NCBI GenBank assembly: GCA_041288045.1
Contig: JBGGMM010000021.1
Span: 1-19,926, forward strand
DNA: 19,926 nt
Reading direction: 5' to 3'
Origin: Pseudobdellovibrionaceae bacterium
GTDB lineage: Bacteria > Bdellovibrionota > Bdellovibrionia > Bdellovibrionales > Bdellovibrionaceae
The notes under the pieces were generated by a model. It saw nothing but the letters and a program-made list of their open reading frames with translations, searched no databases and had not been told where the DNA came from. A program made the translations under genes and the position numbers. The stretch's first letter is position 1; each line of letters begins with the position of its first letter. This document shows, piece after piece, positions 19,546 to 19,926 of this stretch.

Positions 19546-19926
19546 ATGTCGCATTCGGCTTTGATGGCAACTTTGATTTTGGCTCCTTTGTTTGGCTTTT
19601 TTATCAATGGCTTTCGATACAAAAAACATTCGGCGAACACGGCGGGGATTTTGGCTACCTGCATGGCCGCAGTTTCCTTTATTTGTTCGCTCTTGTTGGT
19701 TGTGGATCTTGTATCAATGCCAGCAGAAGGCCGGCAGATTGCCGTTCAGTTTTTTCAATGGATGTCGATTGCAAATCTGAAAGTGAATATGGGTTTTGTT
19801 GTCGACCCAATCAGCGCCATTATGATTTTGGTGGTGACTGGGGTCGGCTCATTGATTCATCTCTTCAGTATCGGCTACATGCACCACGACTCAGGTGCTG
19901 CTAAATACTTTGCTTACTTGAATCTC
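19546..19926 (+). CDS. nuoL: NADH-quinone oxidoreductase subunit L (N-terminal part; runs off the window)
   Basis: Manual translation from ATG 19546: MSHSALMATLILAPLFGFFING...GFVVDPISAIMILVVTGVGSLIHLFSIGYMHHDSGAAKYFAYLNL. Absent from the ORF track because it has no stop within the window. Confidence 0.93.
   Translation, partial: MSHSALMATLILAPLFGFFINGFRYKKHSANTAGILATCMAAVSFICSLLLVVDLVSMPAEGRQIAVQFFQWMSIANLKVNMGFVVDPISAIMILVVTGVGSLIHLFSIGYMHHDSGAAKYFAYLNL

Overview
Origin-proximal housekeeping region of a bacterial chromosome. The gene order and the split atp and nuo operons resemble Bdellovibrionota/deltaproteobacteria (inference). Order: mnmE (5'-truncated, with an in-frame TAG at 312-314), mnmG, rsmG, parS, an antisense predicted lipoprotein, parS, parA, parB, a bactofilin, atpF'-F-H-A-G-D-C with a terminator, a secreted/outer-membrane hypothetical protein, mfd (minus strand), then nuoA-H-J-K-L (3'-truncated). 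No mobile element, CRISPR array, tRNA or rRNA was seen. The most notable structure is a pair of identical perfect-palindrome parS sites that tightly bracket an uncharacterised lipoprotein gene, one of them overlapping its start codon, next to a parA-parB-bactofilin operon. Also notable are the single nonsense codon in an otherwise intact mnmE and a complex I cluster containing only membrane-arm subunits.
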